Source of the DNA: an uncultured Muribaculaceae bacterium
GTDB taxonomy: Bacteria > Bacteroidota > Bacteroidia > Bacteroidales > UBA932
Assembly: GCA_964542575.1 (NCBI GenBank)
Contig: CAZIUO010000003.1
Coordinates: forward strand, 1-59,733
Direction: 5' to 3'
DNA: 59,733 nt
The position numbers were made by a program, and so were the translations under genes. The notes beneath the pieces were generated by a model. It saw only the letters and a program-made list of their open reading frames with translations. It was not told the DNA's origin and made no database searches. Positions 13,757-24,280 of this stretch are shown here, one piece after another (positions within the stretch are counted from its first letter, which is position 1; each line of letters starts with the position of its first letter).

Positions 13757-15393
13757 GGAGCAGGGCGCGCAGTGGCGCGTCAAGGCCCTAAAGATGAGTC
13801 AGAAGCTGCGCCATCGCGGCCCCGACTGGAGCGGAATATGGTGCGGCGGCAACGCAATTCTGGCCCACGAGCGTCTCTCGATCGTGGACCCCGAGAGCGG
13901 CGGGCAACCACTCTACAGCTGCGATGGCAGGCAGATTCTGGCGGTGAACGGAGAAATCTACAACCACCGCGAAATCCGCGCCCGCTACAGCGGCCGCTAC
14001 GAATTTGCCACCGGCAGCGACTGCGAGGTGATTCTGGCCCTCTACCGCGACAAGGGCATCGACTTTCTGGAGGATTTGAGCGGCATATTCGCCTTTGCCC
14101 TCTACGACGAGGAGAAGGACGAATTCCTGATTGCCCGCGACCCCATCGGGGTTATCCCCCTCTACATCGGCTATGACGACGACGGCACTGTGTATATCGC
14201 CTCCGAGCTCAAGGCGCTGGAGGGGATGTGCGGCCGCTACGAGCCCTTCCTCCCCGGCCACTATTACTGGAGCCGGGAGCCCGGGATGAAGCGCTATTAC
14301 AAGCGCGACTGGTTTTGCTACGACGCGGTGAAGGATGCCCCCGAAGGGGCCGGCAAGCTGCGCGGCGCCCTCGAGAGCGCGGTGCGCAGGCAGCTGATGA
14401 GCGACGTCCCCTACGGCGTGCTGCTCTCCGGCGGCCTCGACTCATCCATAATATCGGCCGTGGCGGTGAAATATTCCGAGCGGCGCATAGAGGACGACCT
14501 CAACTCCAAGGCCTTCTGGCCCCGCCTGCACTCGTTTGCGGTAGGGCTCAAGGGGGCGCCCGATCTGGCGATGGCCCGCAAGGTGGCCGACTACATCGGC
14601 ACGGTGCACCACGAAATCAACTACACGATACAGGAGGGGCTGGACGCCCTGCGGGATGTCATATACTTTACCGAAACCTACGACGTGACCACTGTGCGCG
14701 CCTCCACCCCGATGTACCTGCTCGCCAGAGTCATTAAGTCGATGGGCATCAAGATGGTGCTCTCGGGCGAGGGGGCCGACGAAATCTTCGGCGGCTATCT
14801 CTACTTTCACAAGGCCCCCGACGAGAGGGCCTTCCACGAGGAGACGGTGCGCAAGCTCTCCAAGCTCTATCAGTACGACTGCCTGCGGGCCAACAAGAGC
14901 CTCTCGGCCTGGGGCGTGGAGGGGCGCGTCCCCTTCCTGGACAAGGAGTTCCTGGATGTGGCGATGCGGATGAACCCCGCAGAAAAGATGTGCAGCGAGA
15001 GCAAGATGGAGAAATATGCGCTGCGCCAGGCCTTCTGCGACCTGCTCCCCTCCGAAGTGGCGTGGCGGCAGAAAGAGCAGTTCAGCGACGGAGTGGGCTA
15101 TTCGTGGATCGACACCCTCAAGAAAATCACCTCCGAGGCGGTGTCCGACGCCGAGATGGCATCCGCCGCAGAGCGCTTCCCCATCAATCCCCCCAAAAAC
15201 AAGGAGGAATACTACTACCGCAGCATATTTGCAGAGCATTTCCCCAGCGACAGCGCCGCGCGCAGCGTCCCCAGCGAAGCCAGCGTGGCCTGCAGCACAG
15301 CCATAGCGCTGGAGTGGGACGCCTCGATGCGGGGCAAGAACGACCCCAGCGGCCGTGCGGTGGCCGGGGTGCACAACGCCGCGCTGTAAGCCT

Positions 15394-17493
15394 CTACTCC
15401 GCAGTCCGCGCAATGCGGTGGGTGCCGCTCCCCACAGTGACGGTTCTGCCGCCGCCCGTTTCAACTTCCGCCACCATATTGGCGGGGATGCTGACCTCAA
15501 TGTAATCCCGGTCCACAGCGACCTTGACCGCCCCGCGGATTGTCGGCACGGTGGCTTTCGCCCACTGCAGCCGCCCGATTTGCGGGGCGATCCGCACCCT
15601 GGCGAATCCCGGCTCCAGCGGGGTGACCCCCATCAGGCCGAAGGGGATCGCATTGCCGGGGGCCGCCCCCGCGATGTGGTTCCAGTCCTGGTTGGGCTTG
15701 AAACTGTCGTCCCACGCCTCCAGAGTTATGGTGGAGCCCAGGCGGATGCCGTTGTACCAGCTGCGCAGGCCGGTGTCGGCCATCAGCGCCAGCGCCTCGT
15801 CTCCACGGCCGGCGGCATAGAGCGACTGCAGCAGGTTGTGGGCGCCGAATATGCTGCAGCGCAGGCCGCGCGACACCACGAAATCGGCCACCGAATCTAT
15901 GTATTCCGGCGGCACCAGGCCGCACACCAGCGGGGTCATATTTGAGTGCAGGGCGCTGTGGCCGCTGCCGGGGCCGTCGCGGAAAATCCCCTTCTCCGCA
16001 TCGAAGAATGTCTCCATAAAGGCACCGCGGGTCTCCTCTGCCAGAGCGGCGAACTGCCGGCTGCCGCCGTCGTCGCCTATGACGGCCGCGATCTCCTTCA
16101 GGCGCACCAGCGTGCGGTAGTAGAGGGCGTTGACCACCGCGTTGAAGTCGGTGTATTCAAATTTGTCGTCTTCCCCTCCCTCGCCCTGGGCCAGGCCCAG
16201 AATGCTGCTGTGGGGCCAGTCCACAATGTCTTTCAACGGCTCGGTGCGGTTTATGGAAGCCAGGAACTCCGGGCTTTGCCCGCGGGTGGTGGATATGAGG
16301 CCGCCGCTGCGCAGGTGTGTCATCGCGCGGGCCTTGAGAATCTCATAGTTCCGCTCCAGGGCGCGTGCGTCGCCCGTCCACAGATAGTCGTTCCAGGCAA
16401 TCTCCACCGCATAGAGAATCCACTCGGTGGGCCAGGTGGGCTTGGCCAGCAGCCACTCCAGAGTGCGGCGGTCCAGCGAATACTCCGCGTCGCTGCCGTA
16501 GTGGCACAGCTGCGAAATCAGCGCATCGTATTCATAGGGGATGCGCTCGCGGTTGCCGTCCACCCAGATCCCGGCAAACGAGCAGGCCTTGACGCTGTAG
16601 CGGCAGATGTCCCACACCGCGTTGAGGGTGTCGCTGCTGCACTCGAACGAGGCGGCTTCGGCGTTGAAGGGGTAGCTGTATGCGATGCGCTCCACCTTCA
16701 CGGGGGTCACATCCCCCTCGATGCTGCAATAGCGGAAAGGGGCCACCACCCCGACATAGTCGGGCAGCGGCACCGCCGCGGGGCCGGTGTTGCGCGCGTT
16801 GCGGCCGGGTTCCACCGTGTATGTGCGGCGCCCCGCCTCCACCGGCAGCAGAATTTCGTCGTAAACCACCGAGCTGATGCGCGGGGGCTGCTCTATGCTC
16901 CCGTTCTTGAGCCGCTCGCCTATTATCACCTTCACGGTGTCGGCCTTCGGGCTCTCCAGGGTCAGGCGCAGCTTGCCGAAGGCGTCTTTTGTAAAATCGT
17001 ACACGCCGCCCTGCACCGCGCCGCACTGCTGCAGCTCCGCCACCAGCGGATATGCGGGCGTGGCGTATTCAGAGAGGGTGCTATCCGTTTTGAAACGTTT
17101 ATAATCGGATAGACGGGTTTTCAAATCCTTGCCGGAAGCCGACTTCAGGCGCAGCTGCACCGCCCAGGAATACTCCTTTCCCGGCTCCAGGGCAGGGCCG
17201 CCGTAGCGGACCGACGTGCTGCTGCAGTCATCGACCCATCCGCTGTCCCAAATGGTGCCGCCGGCATCCTCCATCACAATGCGGTAGCCGCTCTGCAGGG
17301 TGCTGTCGCCCGCAGAGGGGACCTCCCAGCTGAAAGAGGGCCTGCCGGAGCGCACCAGGGCGCGCCTCCCGCCGCCGTAATCCACATCTGTGTGCACCAT
17401 AAGGTCGGTCCTGAGTGCCGTGGGGCACACTCCGCACGAGGCGGCCAGCATCACCGCCCCCGCCGCAAAGGCTGCTGCAAAAATCTTTTTCAT
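15394..17493 (-). CDS. GH78-like glycoside hydrolase (alpha-L-rhamnosidase family), lipoprotein
   Basis: 699 aa from MKKIFAAAFAAGAVMLAASCG (lipobox). The N-terminal pattern PSFSWEV..QSGYRIVM..IWDSGWV..SVRYGGPALEPGKEYSWAVQL is typical of the rhamnosidase N-domain. It is followed by a six-hairpin-like region. Confidence 0.6.
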   Translation of the reverse strand: MKKIFAAAFAAGAVMLAASCGVCPTALRTDLMVHTDVDYGGGRRALVRSGRPSFSWEVPSAGDSTLQSGYRIVMEDAGGTIWDSGWVDDCSSTSVRYGGPALEPGKEYSWAVQLRLKSASGKDLKTRLSDYKRFKTDSTLSEYATPAYPLVAELQQCGAVQGGVYDFTKDAFGKLRLTLESPKADTVKVIIGERLKNGSIEQPPRISSVVYDEILLPVEAGRRTYTVEPGRNARNTGPAAVPLPDYVGVVAPFRYCSIEGDVTPVKVERIAYSYPFNAEAASFECSSDTLNAVWDICRYSVKACSFAGIWVDGNRERIPYEYDALISQLCHYGSDAEYSLDRRTLEWLLAKPTWPTEWILYAVEIAWNDYLWTGDARALERNYEILKARAMTHLRSGGLISTTRGQSPEFLASINRTEPLKDIVDWPHSSILGLAQGEGGEDDKFEYTDFNAVVNALYYRTLVRLKEIAAVIGDDGGSRQFAALAEETRGAFMETFFDAEKGIFRDGPGSGHSALHSNMTPLVCGLVPPEYIDSVADFVVSRGLRCSIFGAHNLLQSLYAAGRGDEALALMADTGLRSWYNGIRLGSTITLEAWDDSFKPNQDWNHIAGAAPGNAIPFGLMGVTPLEPGFARVRIAPQIGRLQWAKATVPTIRGAVKVAVDRDYIEVSIPANMVAEVETGGGRTVTVGSGTHRIARTAE

Positions 17494-17554
17494 ACGGCAA
17501 ATGTATGAGTTGTTTTTAAAAAAATCCGTACCTTCTCGCCCAAATTCAGAAGCA

Positions 17555-18481
17555 ATGGAAAAGTATGAACTCGGCATCGCCTTCAGCGGAGGCGGCGCAA
17601 AAGGGGCGGCCCACTGCGGCGCGCTCCAGGCTCTCGACGAATTCGGCATCAAGGCAGATGCGGTGGCCGGCACCAGCGCCGGCAGCATAGCGGCGACCCT
17701 CTACGCGGCGGGCGTCCGCCCGGTGGATATGGCCAATATGTTCGCCACTATGGACTTCCGCGACCTGCTGGGGACCCAGAAGCCCAAGGGAGGTATGTTC
17801 GACTCCAAGCCGCTCGTGGCCCATCTGGCCAAGATTGTCCCCTTCAAGAATCTGGAAGAGCTGCCGATTCCCACCACCGTGGTGGCCACCAGCATAGAGC
17901 AGGGGTGCGCCCGCCTCTTCACCGAGGGGGAAATCGCCCCGCGCGTGGCGGCGTCCTGCTCCATCCCCATCATTTTCGAGCCGCTGAAGATAGGCTCGGA
18001 GCACTATGTGGACGGCGGCGCCCTGATGAACCTGCCGGTGAGCGCCCTGAGGGGCAGTTGCCGCAAGGTCATCGCCCTCAACCTGCACCACGCCGAGACC
18101 GTCCCCTACAAGGCGCGGCTGAGCGCCATCGCTATGCGCAGCTTCAACCTGATGTTCCTCTCCAACGCGATGTCGGAGGCAAAGCGCGCCGACCTGCTGA
18201 TAAACATCGACACATCAGCCTTCAGCGCTTATGACCTGAGCAAGGTGGAGACCCTGTTCCACATCGGCTACGACACCACCGTGGCGACTCTGGAGAAGGA
18301 GGGATACACCCGCGTCCGCCCGGCAGACAAGCTGGAATTCGCGCACAAGGCGCCCAAGAAAGCCAAGATGGACGATTTCAAAGTGCGCGCCGCCGAGCTG
18401 CGCAAGAAATCGGAAGAGCTGGAACTCTCTGCAAAAGAGCTGCTCGCGCGCCACAATCCGCGCAAGAAGCGCCTCCAGTAA
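17555..18481 (+). CDS. Patatin-like phospholipase
   Basis: 308 aa from MEKYELGIAFSGGGAKGAAHCG, with the GTSAGS nucleophile elbow and a DGG motif. Upstream codons in the track overlap the divergent gene. Confidence 0.85.
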   Translation: MEKYELGIAFSGGGAKGAAHCGALQALDEFGIKADAVAGTSAGSIAATLYAAGVRPVDMANMFATMDFRDLLGTQKPKGGMFDSKPLVAHLAKIVPFKNLEELPIPTTVVATSIEQGCARLFTEGEIAPRVAASCSIPIIFEPLKIGSEHYVDGGALMNLPVSALRGSCRKVIALNLHHAETVPYKARLSAIAMRSFNLMFLSNAMSEAKRADLLINIDTSAFSAYDLSKVETLFHIGYDTTVATLEKEGYTRVRPADKLEFAHKAPKKAKMDDFKVRAAELRKKSEELELSAKELLARHNPRKKRLQ

Positions 18482-18549
18482 GCTTTTTTGAGTAAACCGC
18501 TTGCGTTTTGCGGGAAATAATGTTATTTTGTAACATTAATTCTCCGTGT

Positions 18550-20640
18550 ATGCGCAAGCTGTTTCTGTACATACTGCTGCTGATTTTCTCCATCAGCTCA
18601 TTTTCAGACGCTTATGCCGTGCCCGCCCGCCCCTCGGCGGTGACTTTCAAACAGAAAGACGGCACCTCGTTCAAGGCCCGCATCCACGGCGACGAGTTCT
18701 GCCACTGGGTCACCACCGCAGAGGGCTACAACATCGTCTGCGGCGCCGGCGGCGACTGGTACTTTGCGCAGATTGACAATTCGGGCGCCCTCACCTCCAC
18801 CGGCGTCAGGGTCGCCCCCCTCTCCCGCCTCTCTTCTGAAGAGCGGGGCCTGCTGTGCAAGGACCTGCGCCCCACCCCCACCGCGCATCAGATGCAGATG
18901 AAGGCCTATATGCAGGCCACCACCCGCAGCACCCCCGGCGAAGAGCTGCTCCCGCCGATGCTCAGCGGCACCTCGATGAAGGCGTCGGGGCATCAGAAGT
19001 CGCTGGTGATTCTGGTCGCCTTTGCCGACGTCCCCTTCCGCGAGAGCAGCACCCCCGAGATGTTCGACGACCTGATGAACGGGCGCGACTACACCTACGG
19101 CGGCTCCACCGGCAGCGCCTGGCAGTATTATTACGACAACTCCAACTTCCGCTTTGACCCCGAGTTCACCATCGCCGGCCCCTACACCCTCTCCCACGAG
19201 CGGGCGTATTACACCGCCGACAGCGACGAGCGCGCCGGCGAAATGGCCCGCGAGGCGGCCGTCCTGGCCGATGCCGACATAGATTACACTGAATACGCCG
19301 ACGGCAGGATGGGGTATGACATCTTCATCTATTATTCCGGCGGCCAGGAGGCCGACGGCTCCGACGCGGAGGGCATCTGGCCCCACCGCAACTACTTTGA
19401 CCCCATAGAGCTGGACGGCGTCAGCCTCACCGGCTACGCCTGCAGCTCCGAGCTCTGCCTGCAGGAGGACGGTGTATCGGTGGGCTTTACCCAGATCGGC
19501 TCTTTCTGCCACGAATTCGGCCACACGCTGGGCCTGCCCGACTTCTACAACACCAACGGCAGCACCAACCCCGCCGGCCCCACCAATTTCTCCCTTATGG
19601 ACGTCGGCTGCTACAACAACACCTGCCGCACCCCTCCGGCGCTGAATATGCTGGAGCGCTGGATGCTCGGCTGGGCGCAGCCTGAAGTGATCGACGCCGA
19701 AGGCGACCGCACCCTGTATCCCGTGACCGGCGATTCGGGCCTCATAATGCCCACCGCCTCCGGCAAAGAGTATTTCCTGCTCGAATGCCGCGGCGCGGGG
19801 CAGAATGTCTGGGACAAGCCCGAATATATGGACTACTACGGCACCGGGGCCTACTGGGGGCTGATGGTATACCACGTGGATGTCTCCAAGGACATCGTCT
19901 GGCGCATAAACTCCGTGAACGCCACCACCGGCGGCGAGTGCTTCAACCTGATCTTTTCCAACCCCAACTGGGGCGGGAACTATGCGGCGGCATACCTCCC
20001 TTCGCACTGCTTCTTCCCCGGCGGGAACGCGGTGAGCGCAATCCGCAGCAGCTCCACGCGGGGCTATGCGGCCCGCGACGGCGGCAAACCCGCCTACGAC
20101 ATCACCGGCATCGAGCTCGACGGGGCGCAGAAGGCGGTGACATTCCGCGTCAGCACCCGCACCTCCGCCATAAGCGACGTCGCCACGCAGGTCTGGCAGC
20201 ACGACGCCCTCCTCACCTGGACCGATGCAGAAGCCACCGCGTGGACTCTGACTTTCGCCCCCGCAGAGGGCGGCGACAAGCGGACCGTCTCCGTGAGCAG
20301 CCCGGCGGCCCATCTGCCCGCCCTCAAAGCTGGCTGCAGCTACTCCGTCTCCATTGAAAACGACAGGGGCGGCGCCGCAGAGCTCACCCTCACGACCGCC
20401 GCAGAGCAGGGGCGCAACCCCCGCATAACCCTCTCCGGCGACAAGCTCACCTCCAAGGCTCCCGTCGTGCTGATGCTCTCCGACTGCGGCGACCTTCAGG
20501 ATGTCCGCTGGAGCGTGGACGGCGCCACCACCGACGGCTACGTCACCCTCAAGAAGGGTCAGCGCCGCATCCAGGCCACCGCCACCCTCGCTGACGGCAG
20601 CAAAGAATACTATATACGATATGTCAATGTAATCTTCTGA
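18550..20640 (+). CDS. M6-family (immune inhibitor A-like) zinc metalloprotease, secreted
   Basis: 696 aa. Has a signal peptide (MRKLFLYILLLIFSISSFSDAYA), the HEFGHTLGLPDFY zinc motif and C-terminal Fn3/Ig-like segments. Confidence 0.8.
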   Translation: MRKLFLYILLLIFSISSFSDAYAVPARPSAVTFKQKDGTSFKARIHGDEFCHWVTTAEGYNIVCGAGGDWYFAQIDNSGALTSTGVRVAPLSRLSSEERGLLCKDLRPTPTAHQMQMKAYMQATTRSTPGEELLPPMLSGTSMKASGHQKSLVILVAFADVPFRESSTPEMFDDLMNGRDYTYGGSTGSAWQYYYDNSNFRFDPEFTIAGPYTLSHERAYYTADSDERAGEMAREAAVLADADIDYTEYADGRMGYDIFIYYSGGQEADGSDAEGIWPHRNYFDPIELDGVSLTGYACSSELCLQEDGVSVGFTQIGSFCHEFGHTLGLPDFYNTNGSTNPAGPTNFSLMDVGCYNNTCRTPPALNMLERWMLGWAQPEVIDAEGDRTLYPVTGDSGLIMPTASGKEYFLLECRGAGQNVWDKPEYMDYYGTGAYWGLMVYHVDVSKDIVWRINSVNATTGGECFNLIFSNPNWGGNYAAAYLPSHCFFPGGNAVSAIRSSSTRGYAARDGGKPAYDITGIELDGAQKAVTFRVSTRTSAISDVATQVWQHDALLTWTDAEATAWTLTFAPAEGGDKRTVSVSSPAAHLPALKAGCSYSVSIENDRGGAAELTLTTAAEQGRNPRITLSGDKLTSKAPVVLMLSDCGDLQDVRWSVDGATTDGYVTLKKGQRRIQATATLADGSKEYYIRYVNVIF

Positions 20641-20642
20641 GA

Positions 20643-21056
20643 ATGAAACGCCTCTGCATCATATTCTGCCTGGCCGCCCTGCTGGCGGGCTGCAACGGCG
20701 ACAACACCGCCGCGCTGCGCGAGAATTTCCAGAGCCTGGAGAGCTATGGCATCTGCAAGGACGAGACAATGCTGCTTGCCATAGATATGACCAAGTACCA
20801 GTATATGTACAGCCCCTCCAAGGGCATCTGCCGCTTCACCGACGAGAGCGGGGAGCAGAGCCTGACGCTGACCCTGAGCGGGGAGCCGTCGGAAAACGGC
20901 TTCGTGCAGGGGAGCGTCTCCGGCACGCTGGGGCAGAGCGGCCTCAAGTTCACCGATTTGCATATAATCAAGAAGACCTCGGCCATGGTGTGGCTGTGGT
21001 CTGACCCCGACAAGTGCGGCATAATACTGCCCGCCTGGGGGACCGTTAACCGATAA
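20643..21056 (+). CDS. Small lipoprotein, unknown function
   Basis: 137 aa with lipobox LLAGCNG. Lies 2 nt after the M6 gene and 20 nt before susC-like. I recognise no family. Confidence 0.6.
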   Translation: MKRLCIIFCLAALLAGCNGDNTAALRENFQSLESYGICKDETMLLAIDMTKYQYMYSPSKGICRFTDESGEQSLTLTLSGEPSENGFVQGSVSGTLGQSGLKFTDLHIIKKTSAMVWLWSDPDKCGIILPAWGTVNR

Positions 21057-21076
21057 ACATCTAAGATTCAAGATTT

Positions 21077-24000
21077 ATGAGACTGAAACTGTTTTTAATT
21101 CCGTTTCTGACGCTGATATTTGCGCTGCAGGTGTCGGCCCAGAACGTGAGTGTGAATGGTATTGTCCTTGACGGGAACAACGAGCCCGTGATCGGAGCCG
21201 GCGTGCTTGTGAAAGGCTCGCAGAGCAACGGCGTCGTCACCGACCTCGACGGCAAGTTCTCGATGAAGGGGCTCAAGTCCAGCGACATCCTCGTAGTCTC
21301 CTGCGTGGGTATGATAACCCGCGAAGTCGCAGTGGAGCCTGAGCTCACCATCATACTCGAGACCGACCAGCAGATGCTGGACGACGTAATCGTGGTGGCC
21401 TTCGGCCAGCAGACCAAATCCTCGTTCACCGGCTCGGCCTCCGTCGTCAAGAAGGAGGACCTGGAGAAGAAGCAGCTCACCAACGTGCTCAGCGGCCTCC
21501 AGGGCCAGGTGGCCGGCCTGCAGATGGTGAACACCTCCGGCTCGCCCACCGCCACCCCCTCGATGGCCATCCGAGGCTTCGGCTCCATCAACGCCGGCAC
21601 CTCGCCGCTCATCATTGTGGACGGCGCCCCCTATGACGGCGGCTGGAACAACCTCAACCCCAGCGATGTGGAGAGCATCACCGTGCTCAAGGACGCCGCC
21701 TCCAACGCCCTCTACGGCGCCCGCGGCGCCAACGGCGTGATTATGATCACCACCAAGAAGGGCAAGGCGGAAGATGCAGTGGTGACCCTCAGCACCAAAT
21801 GGGGCCTCAACACCCGCGCCACCCAGGAATACGACTACATCACCGACCCGGGGCAGTATTATGAGCTCTACTATCAGGGCCTCTACAACTATAATGTCCG
21901 CGACAACGGCCTCTCCGCCTACGATGCGCACGTGGCCGCCAACAATTCCCTGGGGCGTCCCGCATCCCAGGGCGGTCTGGGCTACCTCGTATATTCCGTG
22001 CCCGACGGGGAGTATCTCATCGGCACCAACGGCAGGCTCAACCCCCACGCCACTCTCGGCAACCGCGTCTACAGCAACGGAAAGTTCTACACCCTGATGC
22101 CCGACGACTGGATTGACGAGGCCTTCCGCACCGGTATGCGCCAGGAATACAACGTCAACATTTCGGGCGGAGGCAGCAAGCTCAATTTCTACGGCTCGCT
22201 GGGCTACCTCAACAACAAGGGCATCGTGTACAACTCCGACTTCGAGCGCTACACCGCCCGCTTCAACGCCGACTACCAGGCCAAGAGCTATCTCAAGGTG
22301 GGGGCGCAGGTCAGCTACACCCACTCCGACCAGAACGACGTGGGGGACGGCGACAACCTCTTTGTGATGGTGTCCGAGCTCGCCCCCATCTACCCTGTGT
22401 ACCTGCGTGACGGCAACGGAGAAATAATGACCGACGCCAACGGCAAGATGTACGACTACGGCTCGGGCGAGAACGGCGGCGCCACCCGTCCCAGCAACCT
22501 GCTGCCCGCCCGCAACCCCCTGCAGGCCAACGAGCTCAACAAGAGCGGCAGCACGGCCAACGTCACCACCCTCAACGGCTATATGGACATCACCCCCATC
22601 GAGGGGCTCAAAATCACCCTCAACGGCACCGTGACCGACAACGAGTGGAACAATATGATGAAGATCCAGCCCTTCTACGGCAACACCGCCTCTACCTATC
22701 CCGGCGGCTACGTGGCCAAGACGGCCTACCAGACCTTCACCCTCAACTTCCAGCAGATTGTCAACTACACCCGCCAGTTCGGCCTCCACAACGTTTCCGT
22801 GATGGCGGGCCACGAGAACTACAAATACAATTACAACTATGTCTGGGGCGACCGCGAGAATATGTTCTCATACTACGACACCAACGAGCTTGACGGCGCT
22901 GTGAAGGTCGTTTCCAACGGCGGCACCTCCAGCGACTACAACACTGAGGGCTACTTCTCCCGCGCGATGTACAACTATGCCGAGAAATACTTCCTCTCGG
23001 CATCTTACCGCCGCGATGCATCGTCCCGCTTCCATCCCGACCACCGCTGGGGCAACTTCTACTCCGTGGGCGGCGCCTGGACCATAGACAAGGAGGATTG
23101 GTTTGACGTATCCTGGGTGGATATGCTCAAGTTCAAGATGTCCTGGGGCCAGCAGGGCAACGACGCCATCGGCGACTACCGCTACACCGACACCTACGAC
23201 ATCACCAACATAGACGGCGAGGTGGCCCTCGTGCAGTCTACTGTGGGCAACGAGAACATAACCTGGGAGACCAACAGCAACTTCAACACCGGCATAGAGT
23301 TCGACATCCTCAAGGGACGGCTCACCGGCGGCATCGAATATTTCCGCAGAAAGACCACCGATATGCTCTGCTTCGTGTATGTCCCGATGTCGGCAGGCTA
23401 CGGCGGATCTTACGACAATGTGGGCGATATGCTCAACCGGGGCGTGGAGCTTGACCTGCACTACAATGCAATCCGCACCCGCGACTTCAACTGGAACATC
23501 AGCCTCAACGCCACCCACTACAAGAACAAGGTGCTGATGCTCAACGAAGACAACAAGGGCTACAGCCTCGACGGCCACCCCGGCTACATCAACGGCTACT
23601 ACTTCCACGGCGAGGGGCTGCCCCTGCACACCTTCCGCCTGAAGAAATATGCGGGTGTCTCCGCCAGCGGCGAGTCGCAGTGGTATATGATAGACGAGAA
23701 GACCGGCGAGACCACCGTGACCACCTCCAGCTCCGACGCCACCTACTACAACTGCGGCAGCGCCGACCCCGTGCTCTACGGCGGTCTGAGCACCACCCTC
23801 TCCTGGAAAGGATTCGACCTCTCCGTGAACCTCAACTACAGCCTCGGCGGCAAGGCCATCGACTACGGCTACATCTCAATGATGTCCAACCCCTCGGTGG
23901 GCAACACCGGCTTCGCCCTGCACAAGGATCTGCTGGGCGCCTGGTCCGAGACCAACACAAGCTCCGACATCCCCCGCTTCCAATATGCCGTGAAGGATGT

Positions 24001-24271
24001 CGACTCCAGCTCCGCCAACGTCTCCGACCGCTTCCTGACCGATGCCAGCACCCTCACCCTGCAGACGGTGAACCTGGGCTACACGCTGCCCAAGAAGTTT
24101 GTCTCCAGGCTGGGGATGGGCTCGATGAGAGTCTTCGTCTCTGGCGACAACCTCTGCTACTGGAGCGCCCGCAAGGGCTTTGACCCCCGCGGCAGCTTCT
24201 GGGGCTCCACCTCCACGACTTCCTACTCGCCTGTACGCACATTTACAGGAGGTTTGACAATTCAGTTCTAA
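21077..24271 (+). CDS. SusC/RagA-family TonB-linked outer membrane transporter
   Basis: 1064 aa. Has a carboxypeptidase-regulatory-like N-domain (VSVNGIVLDGNNEPVIGAGVLVKG), a plug with a TonB box, and the terminal GGLTIQF. It has no STN domain. Confidence 0.92.
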   Translation: MRLKLFLIPFLTLIFALQVSAQNVSVNGIVLDGNNEPVIGAGVLVKGSQSNGVVTDLDGKFSMKGLKSSDILVVSCVGMITREVAVEPELTIILETDQQMLDDVIVVAFGQQTKSSFTGSASVVKKEDLEKKQLTNVLSGLQGQVAGLQMVNTSGSPTATPSMAIRGFGSINAGTSPLIIVDGAPYDGGWNNLNPSDVESITVLKDAASNALYGARGANGVIMITTKKGKAEDAVVTLSTKWGLNTRATQEYDYITDPGQYYELYYQGLYNYNVRDNGLSAYDAHVAANNSLGRPASQGGLGYLVYSVPDGEYLIGTNGRLNPHATLGNRVYSNGKFYTLMPDDWIDEAFRTGMRQEYNVNISGGGSKLNFYGSLGYLNNKGIVYNSDFERYTARFNADYQAKSYLKVGAQVSYTHSDQNDVGDGDNLFVMVSELAPIYPVYLRDGNGEIMTDANGKMYDYGSGENGGATRPSNLLPARNPLQANELNKSGSTANVTTLNGYMDITPIEGLKITLNGTVTDNEWNNMMKIQPFYGNTASTYPGGYVAKTAYQTFTLNFQQIVNYTRQFGLHNVSVMAGHENYKYNYNYVWGDRENMFSYYDTNELDGAVKVVSNGGTSSDYNTEGYFSRAMYNYAEKYFLSASYRRDASSRFHPDHRWGNFYSVGGAWTIDKEDWFDVSWVDMLKFKMSWGQQGNDAIGDYRYTDTYDITNIDGEVALVQSTVGNENITWETNSNFNTGIEFDILKGRLTGGIEYFRRKTTDMLCFVYVPMSAGYGGSYDNVGDMLNRGVELDLHYNAIRTRDFNWNISLNATHYKNKVLMLNEDNKGYSLDGHPGYINGYYFHGEGLPLHTFRLKKYAGVSASGESQWYMIDEKTGETTVTTSSSDATYYNCGSADPVLYGGLSTTLSWKGFDLSVNLNYSLGGKAIDYGYISMMSNPSVGNTGFALHKDLLGAWSETNTSSDIPRFQYAVKDVDSSSANVSDRFLTDASTLTLQTVNLGYTLPKKFVSRLGMGSMRVFVSGDNLCYWSARKGFDPRGSFWGSTSTTSYSPVRTFTGGLTIQF

Positions 24272-24280
24272 AACGCGACG

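Noticed and set aside
15394-17493. Assigning the GH78-like hydrolase to the SusC/SusD locus as its missing CAZyme.
   Set aside because: It is on the opposite strand and separated from the operon by the patatin gene and two promoter gaps. Co-regulation cannot be inferred from sequence.
17555-18481. Patatin-like phospholipase as a possible CBASS or other anti-phage effector.
   Set aside because: There is no adjacent cyclase, nucleotidyltransferase, sensor or other defence partner. The sequence looks like a stand-alone housekeeping RssA-type patatin.
18482-18549. A terminator hairpin or consensus promoter between patatin and the M6 gene.
   Set aside because: Only a 4-bp stem (CCGC/GCGG) is present and there is no exact TAnnTTTG match. 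This is too weak to report.
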